In this document: positions 12,101 to 26,050 of the stretch, piece by piece | Position numbering within the stretch: the stretch's first letter is position 1 | Layout of the letters: each line of letters starts with the position of its first letter | From: Raillietiella orientalis | Lineage: Eukaryota | Assembly (NCBI GenBank): GCA_036172245.1 | Contig: JAYWIR010000051.1 | Span: forward strand, 682,001 to 746,000 | DNA length: 64,000 nt | Direction: 5' to 3' | The notes under the pieces: model-generated | Told to the model about the DNA's origin: nothing | The model's input: only the letters and a program-made list of their open reading frames with translations | Databases searched by the model: none | Program-made: the position numbers and the translations under genes

Positions 12101-15100
12101 CCTGAGCTATCGTCTGAGACCGGAGGCTACTCGATCTGAAGGAAGGGTCGCCGATACCACAGCCTCGCTATGCCGGAAGCAACAGATCGGCTTCTTCGGA
12201 GACTCCTGGTTTCCGCAGTCCCGGAAGCTTCCTTGGTACCCCATCCCCTGCCCTCGCATTCATCCGATCATTCGTGCACCTGAGAGAACGTTGGACGCGA
12301 TCGTTTCCATCGGAAGGCTAGAGGGCAGCGTTCCTCTAGTTGCCCCCACAGCCCTTCCTTGATCTCCCAGCAGAGGATCGCACCTCAGGTGTGCTGAAGA
12401 GACAGAAGAACCTCAGCACACCGCAAGGGTCGAACTGCACCGCGACGTACCCAGAGGGCCAGGGCCGCCTTCCTTGAAGCCATTCGAGGAAGGAGAGGGT
12501 GAGGGAAAGCAGCTGCGAGGTCGCATCCCTTCCTCCCTGAAGAGCCTCCCGTTGTCCTGCCCACTCGCATCCGAAGCTCCCGGTTCAGAAGGAGCACCAT
12601 GGGCGCTGCGAGCAAGATGGATGCCGCAAGATTCTTATCTCGTCGCGGTGATGACCTGGAGCATTCCAGCTCAGGAGACGGGCACCCCGCAAAGACAAAT
12701 CCCGGCCGACTGGAAGGGAAACCGCCGTCACTTTCGTCTCGAAGCATAAGGATGGAGAAGAAGGGAAAGGACAGAAAACAATCCTCCGGCCAAGAACGCT
12801 CTCCTGGGAACCCGGAAGATAGTCCCGGAGACCAGGGAGGAACGCGCCACGGAGGCGCTCGGGATCCATGGACAGAAACCACTTGGACACTTTTCCTTTT
12901 TTTCCCGGAATCCCTACCAAGGGTTCTCGGGATGGACTGCGCCAGAAGGGCACCTGCAGGTGGCTGCGGTGAAGGAGGGGACGAATCGGGTCTCCGTCCC
13001 CTTCCCTGCTCCCGCCAAGCGGTACATTCAGAAACTCCTTTATATGATGATCCTTCCTGTGCCTCCGAGAGAGGAAGATGCTAGGGGGTCTTTGGGGCGT
13101 GTGCGGCGCTGGAAGGGTGAGTCTCCTGTCCGAGCGCGCCGCCATCCCTCGTGAGCGTTCCAGGCAGTCTCCTGGCCTTCTCGGGAGGTTTGCGTCTGTC
13201 GTTAATAACAAAGTAATCCCCGGTGTCCTGTGCTGAATTTTACTTTCGGTCAATGAGCGGTTGGACGTCAAGAGGCTGTGTGAGGTGTGAAACCCAGCCG
13301 TCTCAACAGAGCGTCTCGTCCGCGGGCACAGCTCCTTCTGGTACTCGTTCTTGGAATGGCGGAGGCGATCCAGGAAGAAGGAGAGAAGGGGAATGAAGGA
13401 AGGTCCTGGCTCTTTCCTCGGAGACCTGAGCACAGGTCATCAAGGATATGTCCGCCTCTTTTTCCTCGAAGATCTCCAAAGCGCAGAATCAGAGTCCAGT
13501 CTGAGACGCATCCCGTCTTTTTTAGTCGGGACTTTATCTCAGGCAGCGAACTCGTACAGGGAACTAGCTTCCTCCCAATGCCTCGGAAAGGGGTAGAGCC
13601 GGACAAGGGGTGGTCATCCGTCTCCCATGGATCCGGGTTATGATGGCTCCAGCTCTCGAGCCAGTCTCAAGGCTCACTGGGAAATGGAGGGAGGGGATGT
13701 CAGGACGAGGAGGAACAGAGAGGAGGCGAGAACAGAGGCGAGTAGCGTTTCCAGGGATACTTTCCTTTCCGCAGATGACGACCATGGCGCACATCTGCCG
13801 GTGAAGGAATCAAGCACTGGGAGCGCCCCAAGAGTACTCTAAGAAAGCATCATGCTCTCGTGCGTCCTTCCCTTCAGAAAGAAGGTTCTGGATCTCGGCA
13901 CTGGCTAGAGCCGGCAGCAGAGAAAGGAATTTGATCCAGGCCGGGATCTGCATCCCCCGCCACTAATCGGATGACCTCGACTGGCTTCCTTCATCGCTGC
14001 GGTCCGCGGGGTCTCCTCACCCGTCCATGGAGCGACCACTTCGAATCCATAGGATGTCGATGCTCGAGTTCATGTCGGCCGAGTTCGTAGCTCCCAAAGC
14101 CACCGACCTTCCGACACGCCGGTTCTTCCAAAGACTGCAGTTCCGTCAGAGTGGCGGCGGCGGTGGAAGAGCGCCAGGGGCTAATCGGCTCCAGAAATTT
14201 GGGATGATGCTGCGAATGCCTAGTTTCCCTGGCCTTCTTCCTTTTTCGTGCTTGAGCAGTGGACATTTCCGGCAGTTCCTTCTTGGACCGTCTCGGATGC
14301 TGAAGGAGAACCAACCAAAGGATAGTATCAGCGCTTGTTGGTGCCAGTAGAGGCTCGAGGGAGATAAAAAGTCCAGATGGAAGAATAAGAGAAAGGGAAG
14401 AGAGCGGGAAAGAGTCAGCAGTAGCCGGAGGATCCATCAGGATGAGAGGAAGAAAAAGGTGGAATTCTACACCGCGAGGGAAGCTGCGGGATGGCTCTAG
14501 TCTGCCGAGAAGGCTAGGACCGAGAGATAAGAAACCCAGCTGTCAGCACTCCAGCACGGACAAGGAGGAGAGGGAATGGCAGAAGATCTGGCCTCTACAT
14601 CTTCAAGGAGTCTCCGGACGAAAGGATTCGCTTCTCTGCTGCCACAGCCTGGTTCCTTCAGCACGACACCCGTGCCCGATCGGTGCTCCTGGTGCACGCC
14701 GCCAGGGTGGAGGATGCTGGAACGAGCCATCTCTTTACCAAGGTTTCCCTCCCCTTGGTGCAGAGAAACATCCAGCTCTTACGACGCCCTATGTTTTCAG
14801 AGATCCAGCAGCGAGTGACCTACTGGAGCAGTGGGGCCATCTGAAAGTGAAGGGGATCACCTAGTCTGACGGTGAACTTTCTGGGGCTTCTGCAAATTCC
14901 TTGGTGGCTCTGGAGACCTCCACAAGGCTCCAGAGATAGTCTGAATTGGGAGTTCACCATCCTCCAGTGTTTTTCTGGGCAACCCTCGCTCTCCTGTTAC
15001 TCTCCTGAGGTCAGGCTGAGTTGCTGACGAGGCCACTAAATGGGCACTTGAGGGACTTCGTACTCCACGAAGTCGGAAGTGCGACCAGGTGACATCGTTC

Positions 15101-18100
15101 GGGATGTGGCAGGAGCACCGGTGCATGTGAGAGCGCTGAGAAATCTGCAAGTTCCGAGCCCCAAGTGTTCCAGAAACGACCCTCCCCCTTACAGGACGTG
15201 GACGTGTTGGGAAGACCCTCGCTCGGGGGAATCTCAAAACGCCATGTCCATGTGCGACTGTGAAGATTTTTGCTCGGAGTCGCTATCCTCCCAGCTCCGC
15301 CTCCAGGGGGAACGAGCAGGCAGGTGGGAAAAGTCGGAGTCCTACTCGGAGCAGGAGCACGTCTCCCAGGGCTAGGACTCTCGTCCCGGATCCCTCCCCC
15401 GTCCTGGAAATGGTCCGTCTCTTGAGGTCCGAATTTCCTGAGATGGGCGCCTCCTCTTCCCCAAAACAGGATGAATGAAAGTCGGAGTTTGCCGCTCTCC
15501 TCCTCCGGAGATGGAGACGTTCCCTCTTTCAGAAAGGAGGTCCTTCTTCTCCCTTCTGGAGCAAGCGTTGCATCTTGGAAATCTTCTCACGTGAGCGAAA
15601 GACTTCTCTTCACGACGACCCAGGAGAGGAGTCAGTTCCACGCGGGAGCCGGTTGGGAGCGGCGGAGTCCCGAGGAGAGGCGAAGGCTACCGGAAAAGAA
15701 GAGAGAATGGTGTTCCAGTAAAACCGGCGCACGAAGGAGGAGCAATCCCTTGATATTCGCACGAGAAAGGGAAGAGATGGCAGAAGAGAGGTAACCCCTG
15801 AAGGATCCGGGGTTACACTGCTGGGAAGCTCTCTGCTGAGAGAGATTCTCGCTCGCGTGTTGCGGCGGTCCCGTGCTCCTCCAAAGCCGTCCCCGCGCTG
15901 ACGCCGAGGGAAGAGAAAGTATCTTTGCGCCGTCATCTATTCCATGAATGAGAAACTAAAGGCAACGCTCGCGCAACTCTGGAGATCCCGGTTTAGTTCG
16001 GGAGAGTCACGACAGGTGTCCTGAGAGCCGCGGAAACGCAGCGCCAAGAGGGAGGAAAGACTGACGTTGTGTCGCAACAAGACGAGCGAACACTCAGAAG
16101 ACGAAAAAGTCAGTGGACTGTCGGAGTAGGGACGATGAACACTGATCGATGATCCTCCGGGAAGGGAACCCAAACAGCTTTTTTGCAGCATTTTCTGGAG
16201 ACAGGATCCAGGACCGGTTGTCCCTGTTCTGGATCCACGGCGTGGGCGGGGTTGTGCGATGACAGCCAGGTGACACAAGTCTTTCTACAGTGATGGACCC
16301 AAGGTGGAGGGGGGGGATTGATAATTATTTGGGGGTTTTGCAGTTTGAGTGCGTATAGAGAGGACTCCACACACGACGACGTAGAAACACCGGAAAGCAC
16401 AGGCAAGGAAAAGCTACACCCTTCTTCGCAACCGACTGCTTCAGCATCTCCACACGTCTGTTAGCTGCAGAAGATTCCAATTTCAAGATCCAGCCTCAGG
16501 CTTTATTCTGGCACTCCATGCTGAAGGACAATAGGCTTTTTTCATTTTACTCGGCATTCCGCGATGGGCACCGCAGAGATAGCAATCGATTCCTCGCGGA
16601 GCGGTTTTTTTTTCAACGAAAGCCGGAAGATGTGCGGCGGTATAACAGGCAGCTGGAACCCCTCAGGAGCTGGACGAATGGAGGCAGCACTGAGGAATGC
16701 ACGTACGGAGTCACCATACTCCAATAATCCATGTACAGAGTCGGTATACAGTGTGCACTGTGTAGCACGTCTCTCGTACTGTTGACGTTACGTGTTGGTG
16801 GTTCCTTCGTGAGGAGGGTCGCAAGTTGGTGTCACTTCGGCGACCTCCCTTGCCCTCCATCCATGCTGCTTTCTACCGCAGAAACTTTCCCTAGAGCAAG
16901 GGAAGCCGGGCGCGCGCAGCTTCCAGTCTTCTCCCCATCCGGTGGCCAAGATTTTCCCCGCACTTCCCGGGCAGCGATCGAGAGACCGACTGCCACAGAA
17001 AGTTGCTGCTTCTCAGGCGTTGCCGAGTTCCCGATGGGCGTAGGGCGAGAAACGGTGGGACGTCGCGGGACGTCGGCATCCGCCAAGATCTCGGAGACGC
17101 CTCTCGCGAGAACAAAAGCTGCTGATCGGCGCCCTCGCGTCGGAGAAGCTTTGAGAACAGCGCGAGGAGGATTCTTCCGGTCGCGGGCGACGAGCACACT
17201 GTGCGGTAAAGAGGAGGAGGAAGGAGAGACCGTCGTCCCGTCTCCGGCAGCCCTCAGACGACAGGTGCCGAAGGACGTGCGTGTACACCCCCCCAACCCC
17301 CCTGAGAGACGACGCGAGTCCGCGGCGCGCCACGCCGGCATCGCGCAGGCAGCTGGAAGCCACCGCAAGAGAGGAAAAGAGAAGACGCGAGCCCGCCCTG
17401 CTACGCCCGCTGCACCGCCCCTGATCTAAAGTCTGTGTGCGATTGGCGTGCCGAGGAACGCCCATTCGCAGGAGGAGAAAGTCTTCAGGGAGGGCAGGAG
17501 TGGAAGGCGGGACTCTGACGCAGCCCGAGGGGCTAGGAGGAGCAGGTAGCCCCGCGTTTCCGGTCAGGGCAGAGAGCCGTGGAAGCAGACGGAGGAGGAC
17601 TTTGCCCTCTGGCGAGGCGCGCCCACCAACCCGCTGCGCTACTTCGAACCCCGTCCCCGCCCGCGCGCGTTGTCTCAGACTCCTGCGACTCCTGCCGGCC
17701 CCTCCACCCAGAAAAGGAGCCTGCCAGAGCCACCTGCTATCCGTTAACCGAAGCTCGCGGGTTGTCGCCGAGACCGGCAGGGCAGCTTTTACGGGCGGAG
17801 CGCCCCAAAAGGAAGGAGCCGAACCAAGGTGTCCTCAAAGAAAGGAAGGTCACGGCCCCCCGTGCTCACGTCCCAACTGCTGGTGGACAGTGGGATCGCA
17901 CCGCTCCGCTGCCTCTGAGAGCTATCAGCGGACAGCCTTTGCTCCCGAGGGCAGGCAGCCCTCTTGCGGAGCGCCAACTTGGCGGCGTCCGATGAAGGAC
18001 AAAGTGGAGGATCAAACCTCTTCCTCCCGTGGCACTCTTCACCGGAGGCCGTCTGCGATAGAGCGCTTCGCCCCGCTATCAGAATTCCATTTTTTCCTTT

Positions 18101-21100
18101 TTCCCTGTTCGTCATCTGATGGATTGGGGGACTCAAATAGGGACTGGGCGCGATTGCAATCCTTTCGCGCAGTAGGGCATGTCACCGCTCCCAGCCGTAG
18201 AGACAGTCGCAGCAGGCTCTTTGCCCACCTGCCCTCTTCGGACTCGCCAGTGTTCGCACGCTCCTCGTGCAGCCGCAGCCCGGTCGCGAGATGCCCCGCA
18301 CGCAGCCCGGGGGCAGGGGATGCCCGCGGTGGCGTACGCGTGACGTCAGAAACGCACGGGGTCGATGCGGGATGTCTGGAGGCGGAAGGCGGGGGTGGCA
18401 CAGCGCCCGGAGCTGAAATTCCGGGAGGATAGGCAAGGGGAACCGCGTGGGCCCGCCGCATGCGACCCCTGGAAGGTCTGAGAACGATGAATCCCCTCTC
18501 GAGCTGACCAAAGGACAGCAGGCGCTGATGAGTCGGAGTGACCATCCCCGTGGCAACTCCCACATGCCAGGGGGTGGACTTCTTGGCTGCAGAGCCGACC
18601 GGGACGGACGGCCCGGTCCGTCGATCTTGGCGCACCGGACGAGCTGTCGCGAAACGCCGGCAAGGGCGGCGGCCGACGTCGACCTTTGCTACCGCCGGCG
18701 CCACCCCTGAGCGGGAGACAGCACGGCGTCCATCCTCCCCCTTCCCCCACGCTTAACCGTCTCTACGTCAATGGGGGGCGGGAAGCCATCGGGAGAGTCG
18801 CCGCAGTCTGCGCCATCTGAGCCGCCACCGCCATTCGCTTTCTCTTCCGGTCTTCGGCTTTCTTAACGGCTTCGCTGCCGCTGATGGATCCGTGCGGGTT
18901 GCCGAGCGACGTCGCGCAAACAGAGCTCCCCCCCCCCCATCCCCCCCGAAAGTTTGATTGCCTCTTGGCGCCTGCCGTGTTGATGTTTACGGAGAACTTT
19001 CGCCTCCGAGATTGCTTTGATCACCGGGGCTCGTTCTTCCCTGCGGGCCGAGCACGTGGATGATCGGGAGAGGCTTCATCGGCGGGCGGAGCTGAGCCGT
19101 GGAGCGCTCCCGGCTTTGCGAGTTGAGAGGTGTCGGCTCGCGCGATCGCGCAGAAGGGGGAGGAGGGCGATTCGGGAATCGAAGTGGGACTTTTGCGAGA
19201 TTTGGCCGACGAATCCAACTGCGAGCAGATGCTTGGAACTACCCTGGGAAGAACGAGGGAAGAGAATATCGCGAAAGGAGGATTCGTTGGAGCAGGAGAG
19301 AGAAAGAAGAAGAAAGGGGAAAAACGAGGATTCTTTCTTGCAGTTGCGATGGAAATCCTCTGCCGCCTAGGACTGAGGCGATCGAGCGCGCCGCCAGCGG
19401 CCAGATCAGTAAGCACGGTAGCTGGCGGTTGCGCCTCACAGATGTCACGCCCTGCGCGAACGGGAACGCTTAGCTAGCCCCGAAGAGAAACGGGGGATTT
19501 TGGCTCACGTGTTCCGCTGACCACGGGAAAATTTCCCGTTTCTTCCCGTTGGCATTTCATGCCCCCCTCGAGCATGTGCGCTCGTTCTGCGTCAAGATAA
19601 CCGGGCTGGGATGAGGAGGAGGGGTGGGGGTGGTGATCTCGGAAAACTACGCATCCGACAGGCTAGCAAAGACGTCATCGGCAAAGCGCGGGCCGCATCT
19701 GTGGCGCACCGTACTGGCTGGACGCGGACCACGCCGTTTGAAGGGCAGCAAGCATCCTTCCTGCACCCCCGCGTGTGCTCCGCAGGAGGCGTCCCGACGG
19801 CGGAGAGGGAAACCGCCCTGAAGCGAAGCGGTTGGAGCGGGAACGTCGCGCGCGTGGCTTCCTGGCGCCCGCGCGCAAGGCGCCTCCTCCTGGAGAGAGG
19901 GAGGCAAGCGGAAAGGCCGTTTTGGGACCTCTCCCCCACCCTGGGACCAGAGGCCGTTATGCAGGCGCCTGGAAGAGGTGCCGCGAGCGCATCCAGAGGT
20001 CGGCTGGGCTCGAGGGTCTGCACCCTCCCTGGCCCTTCGAAGGCGCCTCCAGCATCAGGAAGGGAAAGGGCTCAAGGTGGGGTTGATGGAAAGGGAGGGC
20101 TCTTCGGGGGCGGCATGCGCCCGTGCTCGCACCACCTCCCCTCTCTCCCTCCTCTTTTCGCTCCCTTTTCCGCGTAGACTTTTCGTGGCAGCGTCATGGC
20201 AACGCTGTGGGAAAAAAGAGTCCAGGGAGATGGATGCCAAGCACAAAGGGGCGAGGAGGGGGTGAGAAGAGGAGAGAGAAGGTAATGTTGCTTGCAGCAT
20301 CCCGGCTTCTTCCCCGTTCCCCCTTCTCCTGGGTCGGGACGCGCGTCTCTAGGAGATAACGGCAGGAATGCCACGTCCCGGAAAGCGGAGCGCGCACACC
20401 GCCCGCGGAGGCGAGGCATCATCTGCGCAGTTCTCTTTCCCTCTTCCTCCCCGTCCCGGGTTCCCCGTAGCTCCACCCCACGGGGCCATGGCAACGGTTC
20501 CCGCTCGCAGATGGTGCCGGCAGGTTCCGCTTCCAGGAGGTCCCGGGAGGAACGAGGGGAGGGAGGTGACGTCACTAGGAGGCTCAGCGGTTATGGCCGC
20601 GAGTCGGAAGGAGCCAAGGAGGGGCAAAGAAAGCGCGGCCCGCCCTCAGGTATAAGGAAGCAGCCGGAAGGCGCAGCAGGCGCGCGACCCTGAGGCAGCT
20701 GGAGGTACTCTTCCGCGGATGCTGAGCAAAGTAACGGGCTGTGATCCCGAACGCTTCCGCCGTCACCACTCCAGCGTGCCTCCCGACAGCGGCGCGAGTG
20801 GCGCCACCCTCTTTCCAGGGGCGAGGAAGCTGTAATCCCTCGAACAGAGCCCTCCCTCTCCCCCCTTTCCTTCCTGAGGGATGCGAGTTCCTGGGAGATG
20901 TTCCAGGAACCCCTGCAAGGGACGTTTGCCTCCTCCTTCTGACCTCGGCGCTCCTCCTGGACCTCCGGGAAGGAGGGAAAAGAGGGGGAGGAGAAACCCG
21001 GGCGCGCTCGAGGGAGCAGCCGGAGATCCCGTCACCGTGGAGACGCTCCAGTGGATATCTCGACCAATTCTTTCACTGTCTGGCACCCCCTCCGCTCTTG

Positions 21101-23399
21101 AAGTCGAGATGGGAAGGCGTGCAGTGAGAGAGGGGGTTCTCGGACCCGGGGAACCGAGGAATCGTCGTCTCCCGGACGGTAGCCACTCTCCCTAGGCGCG
21201 CCCGTCCTCCTGAACGGTGGTGGCGCCTCTCGGAGCCGGAAGGAAGGCTCTCCTCTCGCAGCTCAGGCTCTCCTCTCCTCCCTCTCCTTTCCCTTCTGCC
21301 CCTCATCCGCGACGCGGTGCGCCTCGGCGGTTGCCGTTGCCCTGGAGACGGCACCTCCGGAGCCGGGGAGCTCCCGGAAGCTGCGCAAATTAGATCACGG
21401 GGGAGGACGCGGCTGGTTCGGACGGGGGCAATCCGCTGGCGAATGGGGGGAAAGAGGGCGGTGCCCTTCCCTCGGAGGACCGAGCCATCCGCAGTAATGG
21501 CAGGAGGGGAGCGCTGAGGGCTTCGGGGGCCCCAGCATGGGCTACGCAGGGGCACAAACGACCCCTTGAATCTTTAATGGCGGGGCGGCTGACGGATGAC
21601 CAGCCGGGGAGGACACCCGCCGGAGAAGGGCGCGCCGCTGCGCAGCCCCCCTAATGGGTGCCCTGGGAGGACGCCTAGAAGATGCGAGGCGGTTTCTTCC
21701 CTCGCCGGGCAGGGCATCTGGTCCCTGGGGGAAAACCCCAGGGCTGCTGGAGCAGCGCTTCGAGTGGGACGAAGGGGGTGGCGCCACTGCCGTCCCCTTT
21801 CGCCCGGGTCTCTCTAGAGGCTGCTCCAAGGGATAGACCTTTCGCTTGGAATCTGCTGGGGGGAGATTCGAAGCGGCTCTCGTGAGGCGCCTCCCGGCCT
21901 CCGAAGCGTCCTCGGGACAGAGGAAGATCTTCGGGATACAGGCGGTTTTTCCGGGAAAGATGGGGTGGCGAACCCTGGAAAAAGGATCTTCAGCACAAGA
22001 GGAAGAGGAGGAGACGTCCAGAGTCAGGGGTAGTGCCTCAAAAAAGGGCGGAGTCCCACCCCGAGGATTTGCCGCGAGGACTCGCTCCGTGCGCTTGTTC
22101 AGTTTCCTGGGACTTTCCCAAGAACAGACTCCCTTGTAAGTCCTTCGATCTAGACGGAGTGCTTCCCGGCACGAGAAGAGCTCTACTGCGGGGAGGCGCC
22201 ACCAGAACAAGCTTGGTGCTGGAATGGGAGGTCCCTGTGGCGGGAGCACCACAACTCCTGGCGCAGTGGTCTCTGGAGCCTGCTCGCAACGCACGAACCT
22301 GCGGCGCGTCCCGGATGGACTGAAGAGAGAGGAGGTAGCTAGGAAGTCCCTAGGACGAGAGGCGTCACCTGCGCTCCTGCCCTTGAGAGGGGAAAGCCCC
22401 TGAGATGGAAGTATTGGAGTCAGGAGCGCTTCCGGCGTCTCGTCGGGGCGCGCTTCCGTTGAGTCTGGCCTGTGACGTTAGAGGCGGCTCGTTGCCAGGG
22501 CCGGCCACCCGTCCCGAGCTCCGGGCACAGCCGAGGGGAGCATCTCCAGTGGCGCCTGCGAAAGTTGTCCCCGGGATCGCTGCACGCCTGGGACGCGGAC
22601 GCCCGGGACGAGGGGGAGTCGGGCGCCTTCCGATGCCGTCCAGGCGAGCCCGACGAGCGCCCGGCAGGCGTCGGCGTCGGCGGAGGGACGCAGCCGGGAT
22701 GTCCTCCCATCCTGTGGCCCGTCATTTTGCGAGTGGCACCGGCCGGCTGCTCCTGGCGTCCGACCCGACAATCACATGTGGACGCCTCCTCGCTCCCGGG
22801 AGTAAATGAGTCAGGAACGTCTCGGGTCCCACTGACGCGCATCAGAGATCGGCGGAAATGAGGGGAAGATGAAGGAGGAAAATGAAGGGGAGGATGCGAT
22901 CGAAGGATCCGGGACGCCCGGGCTGCTGTGCTCGCCAGGAGCAGCCGGTGAGGCCGGCGTTGGGACGTTCCTGGAACGTCCGGCGGGGAGTCGTCGCGAG
23001 GAACTCACGACCCTTCCGGTCGCCCTCTCTCTCTGCGAGCGAATCCTCCCTCTTGGGGTGCCTTCACGCTGTGCGCGCCCTCGAGATACCCCAGGTCTGA
23101 CTCCAGGTCCGCGTCTATCCTCTGTCATCCCTTCTCTGGACCTTCCCTCCCTTCGGGGCGGAGGGAGGGTAGACCGCACCCTCCTCCCCTTGCGGCAGTC
23201 CTCGAGACTGCCGGAAAGAACGACCGTTCCCCGTCGCGAGAGCGAGCCCTCGCTGTGACGAAGAGGGAGGTGGGAGAGGGGTTGGCCGTGGTGACCTCAC
23301 GCGCGCCTCTCCCTCCCTTCTCCCTACCCCCTCCCCTCTCCTCGGAGGACCTCGGCGAGGGGGAACGTCCAGTGCCGCCCTCTTGCCTTCCAGAACCTT

Positions 23400-24690
23400 G
23401 ATTTATCACGCGAGCATGCCGGGAAGTTTATAAAAAATAATAAACATACATGTGTAGGGCCATCGGTCCCATAATTTCCAAAAATGCTCGGAAGCTACCG
23501 AGTAACCGGAACGCAGGCCGGAGAGGTTCGCCTCGGCAGCGGAAGGGGAGGGGGCAAACAAAGATAAAAAGAAAACAGAGAAATATGTACAAAAAACTTG
23601 GAGGGTTAGGGAAGGAATCACTGGGTGCTTTGGGGTGTCCTCTGCATTCTTTCCAGGATGCCGGCAAGTTCCATTCGAGTATGCCCCAGGTGGGGACCAT
23701 CTTTCTACCGTCCGCAGGAAGCTCAGAGCGAAGCAGGTGGCGTCCCTATCGCGCCGTCCTCTCGCATAGCTCCAGGGTACCACAATCCCGTGTAGGCAGC
23801 AACAAGAGCTGCTGGCGATGCGCCGGACGAAAGGGCAACGCACACGAAGAGGCGTTTCACCACGTCCCTGGGAATGTCCGTCGGTGCACCAAGGGCCGTT
23901 GTAAAAAGCAACCACAGGGGCTGGAAGGTATCACAGTCTACAAGCAGGTGCAGGAGCTGGGATTCCCTTTTCCCGCGCCTGCAACAGTTTGGGTCTACAG
24001 TCCCCCCGGGCCAATTGAGGGAGGCGGACGTTGCACGGGAGACCACAGTGCAACAGCAAAAGTGGAGAATCCTGCCACTTCCGGGGAGGACCCGATTGTT
24101 CTTCAGAGCTGGGGGACACTTGAGGTCTTCCTGTAGGATTACCAGCAGGTAACCCTAGTGCAATAGTCCTCTTGGTGGGGCACTTGGAGTAGCAAGTCCG
24201 TGAGCTGATCCGTGGTCCAATCACCTAGTTTCCTCGTCTTCTGACAGATTTCGCAACTGATCTCCTATCTGACCAGCTGACTACTGCCCAGGTGCTCCCT
24301 GAGGAAGGGTAGTGCCGTGGCTAGGGAGGTTCTTCGTGCCCACGCACACGTGGTGGGGCTGTACGATGACGTCATGCAGCGAGCGGGTGTTGTAGGAGGA
24401 GCGCAGCAGTCGCTGACGCATCCCCAGGCTCGCTTCGTTCTCCTGGGCCCACGTGCGAGCGGTTTCCTGCAACCAGACACTACCGTTCGCGGGCCGGCAG
24501 AAGATCCAGTTGTTGGTCTTGGTCAGCTTGTCCACTCTCTGGAGAACCGTCCGTAGCTGGACTCGTCTGCGCAGCCGTGCCAGGAACAAAGACAGTCCCG
24601 CGTAGCCAGTAACTCGCTTGACCAGGTATCGTGCGGGCTCTCACTAGCTGGTGCTCCACATCTTCGCAACTTTGCCGGAACCCTGGAGTC
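23400..24690 (-). mobile_element. Degenerate 3' fragment of an L1/Tx1-clade non-LTR retrotransposon (post-RT region plus zf-RVT zinc knuckle)
   Basis: Minus-strand pieces in the expected order: RYLVKRVTGYAGLSLFLARLRRRVQLRTVLQRV...NNW (post-RT GGLGL-like region), PPRKWQDSPLLLLHCGLPCNVRL, then VDPNCCRRGKRESQLLHLLVDCDTFQPLW (C-x2-C..E..H-x4-C..W pattern of zf-RVT). Stops and frameshifts lie between them, a T-rich 3' region follows, and composition differs from the flanks. No RT core, tail or target-site duplication seen. Confidence 0.75.
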
Positions 24691-25251
24691 CTTCCGTTCC
24701 CCCTCACCTCTTCCTTCCCTCCGCTCTTGGGATCTCCATGCGCTCCCCTCCCACTCAGGAGAAGACGGACGGTTCTTCCAGAGATCCCTCTGCAGAGTCC
24801 ACGCCCCCAGGGGATACCAGCGGTTGGTTAGTAGCTGACGGATGGGTGCGGCGTCTCCTTTGTTGCTCCCGCGAGCCGCTGCCGCCATCAGGGCCGCCGC
24901 GCCCCTTCGTCCTCCTCGGCAGGGGGACGTCCCGAGTAGGTGTCCCGCCTCAGAGAGGTGCGCGCTGCGCCTCTCAGCTTGGACGCACACCGATGGGGAA
25001 GACCTCCCTGACTCCGCCTGGTCCAGGAGGGAAGTGGTCGCCATGGAGGCGGCTGCTGAGCCCGTGGCCTCTCCGAGCGGAGGGTAGCTTCCCTGGAGAC
25101 AAGGGCTGATAATTCTCACAGGTGGTCACGCCTGCTGCAGGAAGGGTTGAGTGGGAACGGGGAGGGTTCCAGGATCCCCAGAAAAACTCCTCATCCTCCG
25201 TATCTGCATCCCCTCCTCTCCTGGACGTGTCACCCTCCGGCCCCTCCCTCC

Positions 25252-26050
25252 GAGACAACCGCTGATCCGTCCTCGGGACCGGGGCACTGCGGCGAGGGAA
25301 CAGGAGCCCTCCCTCGTATTTATCCTCCTGTCCGAGAAAGGGGAACGCCTTCTCCCTACCCCACGATCTCCCCTTGGCAGCACGGGGCTCCTCCCTCCGC
25401 CTCCTTCCTTCCACGGCCCTCTCTGGAGTGCGAGGTCGCGTTCGCGCGGATCGCCCCCAGCGATTGCCCCGAGAACCCCCGCCCAGGCAGAGGCTCGCGC
25501 CTCCAGATGGAGGCCTCTATCTTCGGTCGAGCATCGTCTCCCGGAGGAATGGCCGGGAACCTACGACCAAAGAGCGCCTCTCTCCTTCTGCCTCTCCCGC
25601 GGCTTCCGCCGTGTCCCACTAATCCCTTCCGGAAGGACGACGACGGGGAGGGGGAGGAGGAGAGTCCATAACTCCTCTAACCTCCTCCGGACAGTTTTGC
25701 GGAACGATGGACTGATCCTGCTGATTGGGGCAGACGATGAGGTGGCGGGGAGGATGGGTTGATAGAGAAAGAGATGGGAGGGAGGGGATACAGGAGGGAT
25801 CGAACTTTTTCCCTCTCCCTCTGGAAGTGCCCCAGCGGGTCACATGCGGATCAATCCGCCGCTCCTCCGGTGCACCCGTGTCGCCTCGTTGCGATGGCTG
25901 TCGGCAGGAGCCCCGGCTCGGGTCGGCCGGGGAGATCGCGCGGGAGGAAGAAGGCGTTCCCCTTTCTCGGACAGGAGGATAAGGATGAGGTAGGACTGCT
26001 GCTCCCCCTCCGCAGTGCTCCGGTCCCGAGGACGGACCTGAGGCTGTCTC
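25252..26050. repeat. Long inverted repeat IR2: arms about 25252-25392 and 25906-26050, spacer about 510 bp
   Basis: Perfect core ttatcctcctgtccgagaaaggggaacgccttct / agaaggcgttcccctttctcggacaggaggataa; roughly 80% identity over about 140 bp. The peptide KAFPFLGQEDK..GLL.P.RSAPVPRTD.RLS appears on both strands in the ORF track. Confidence 0.92.
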
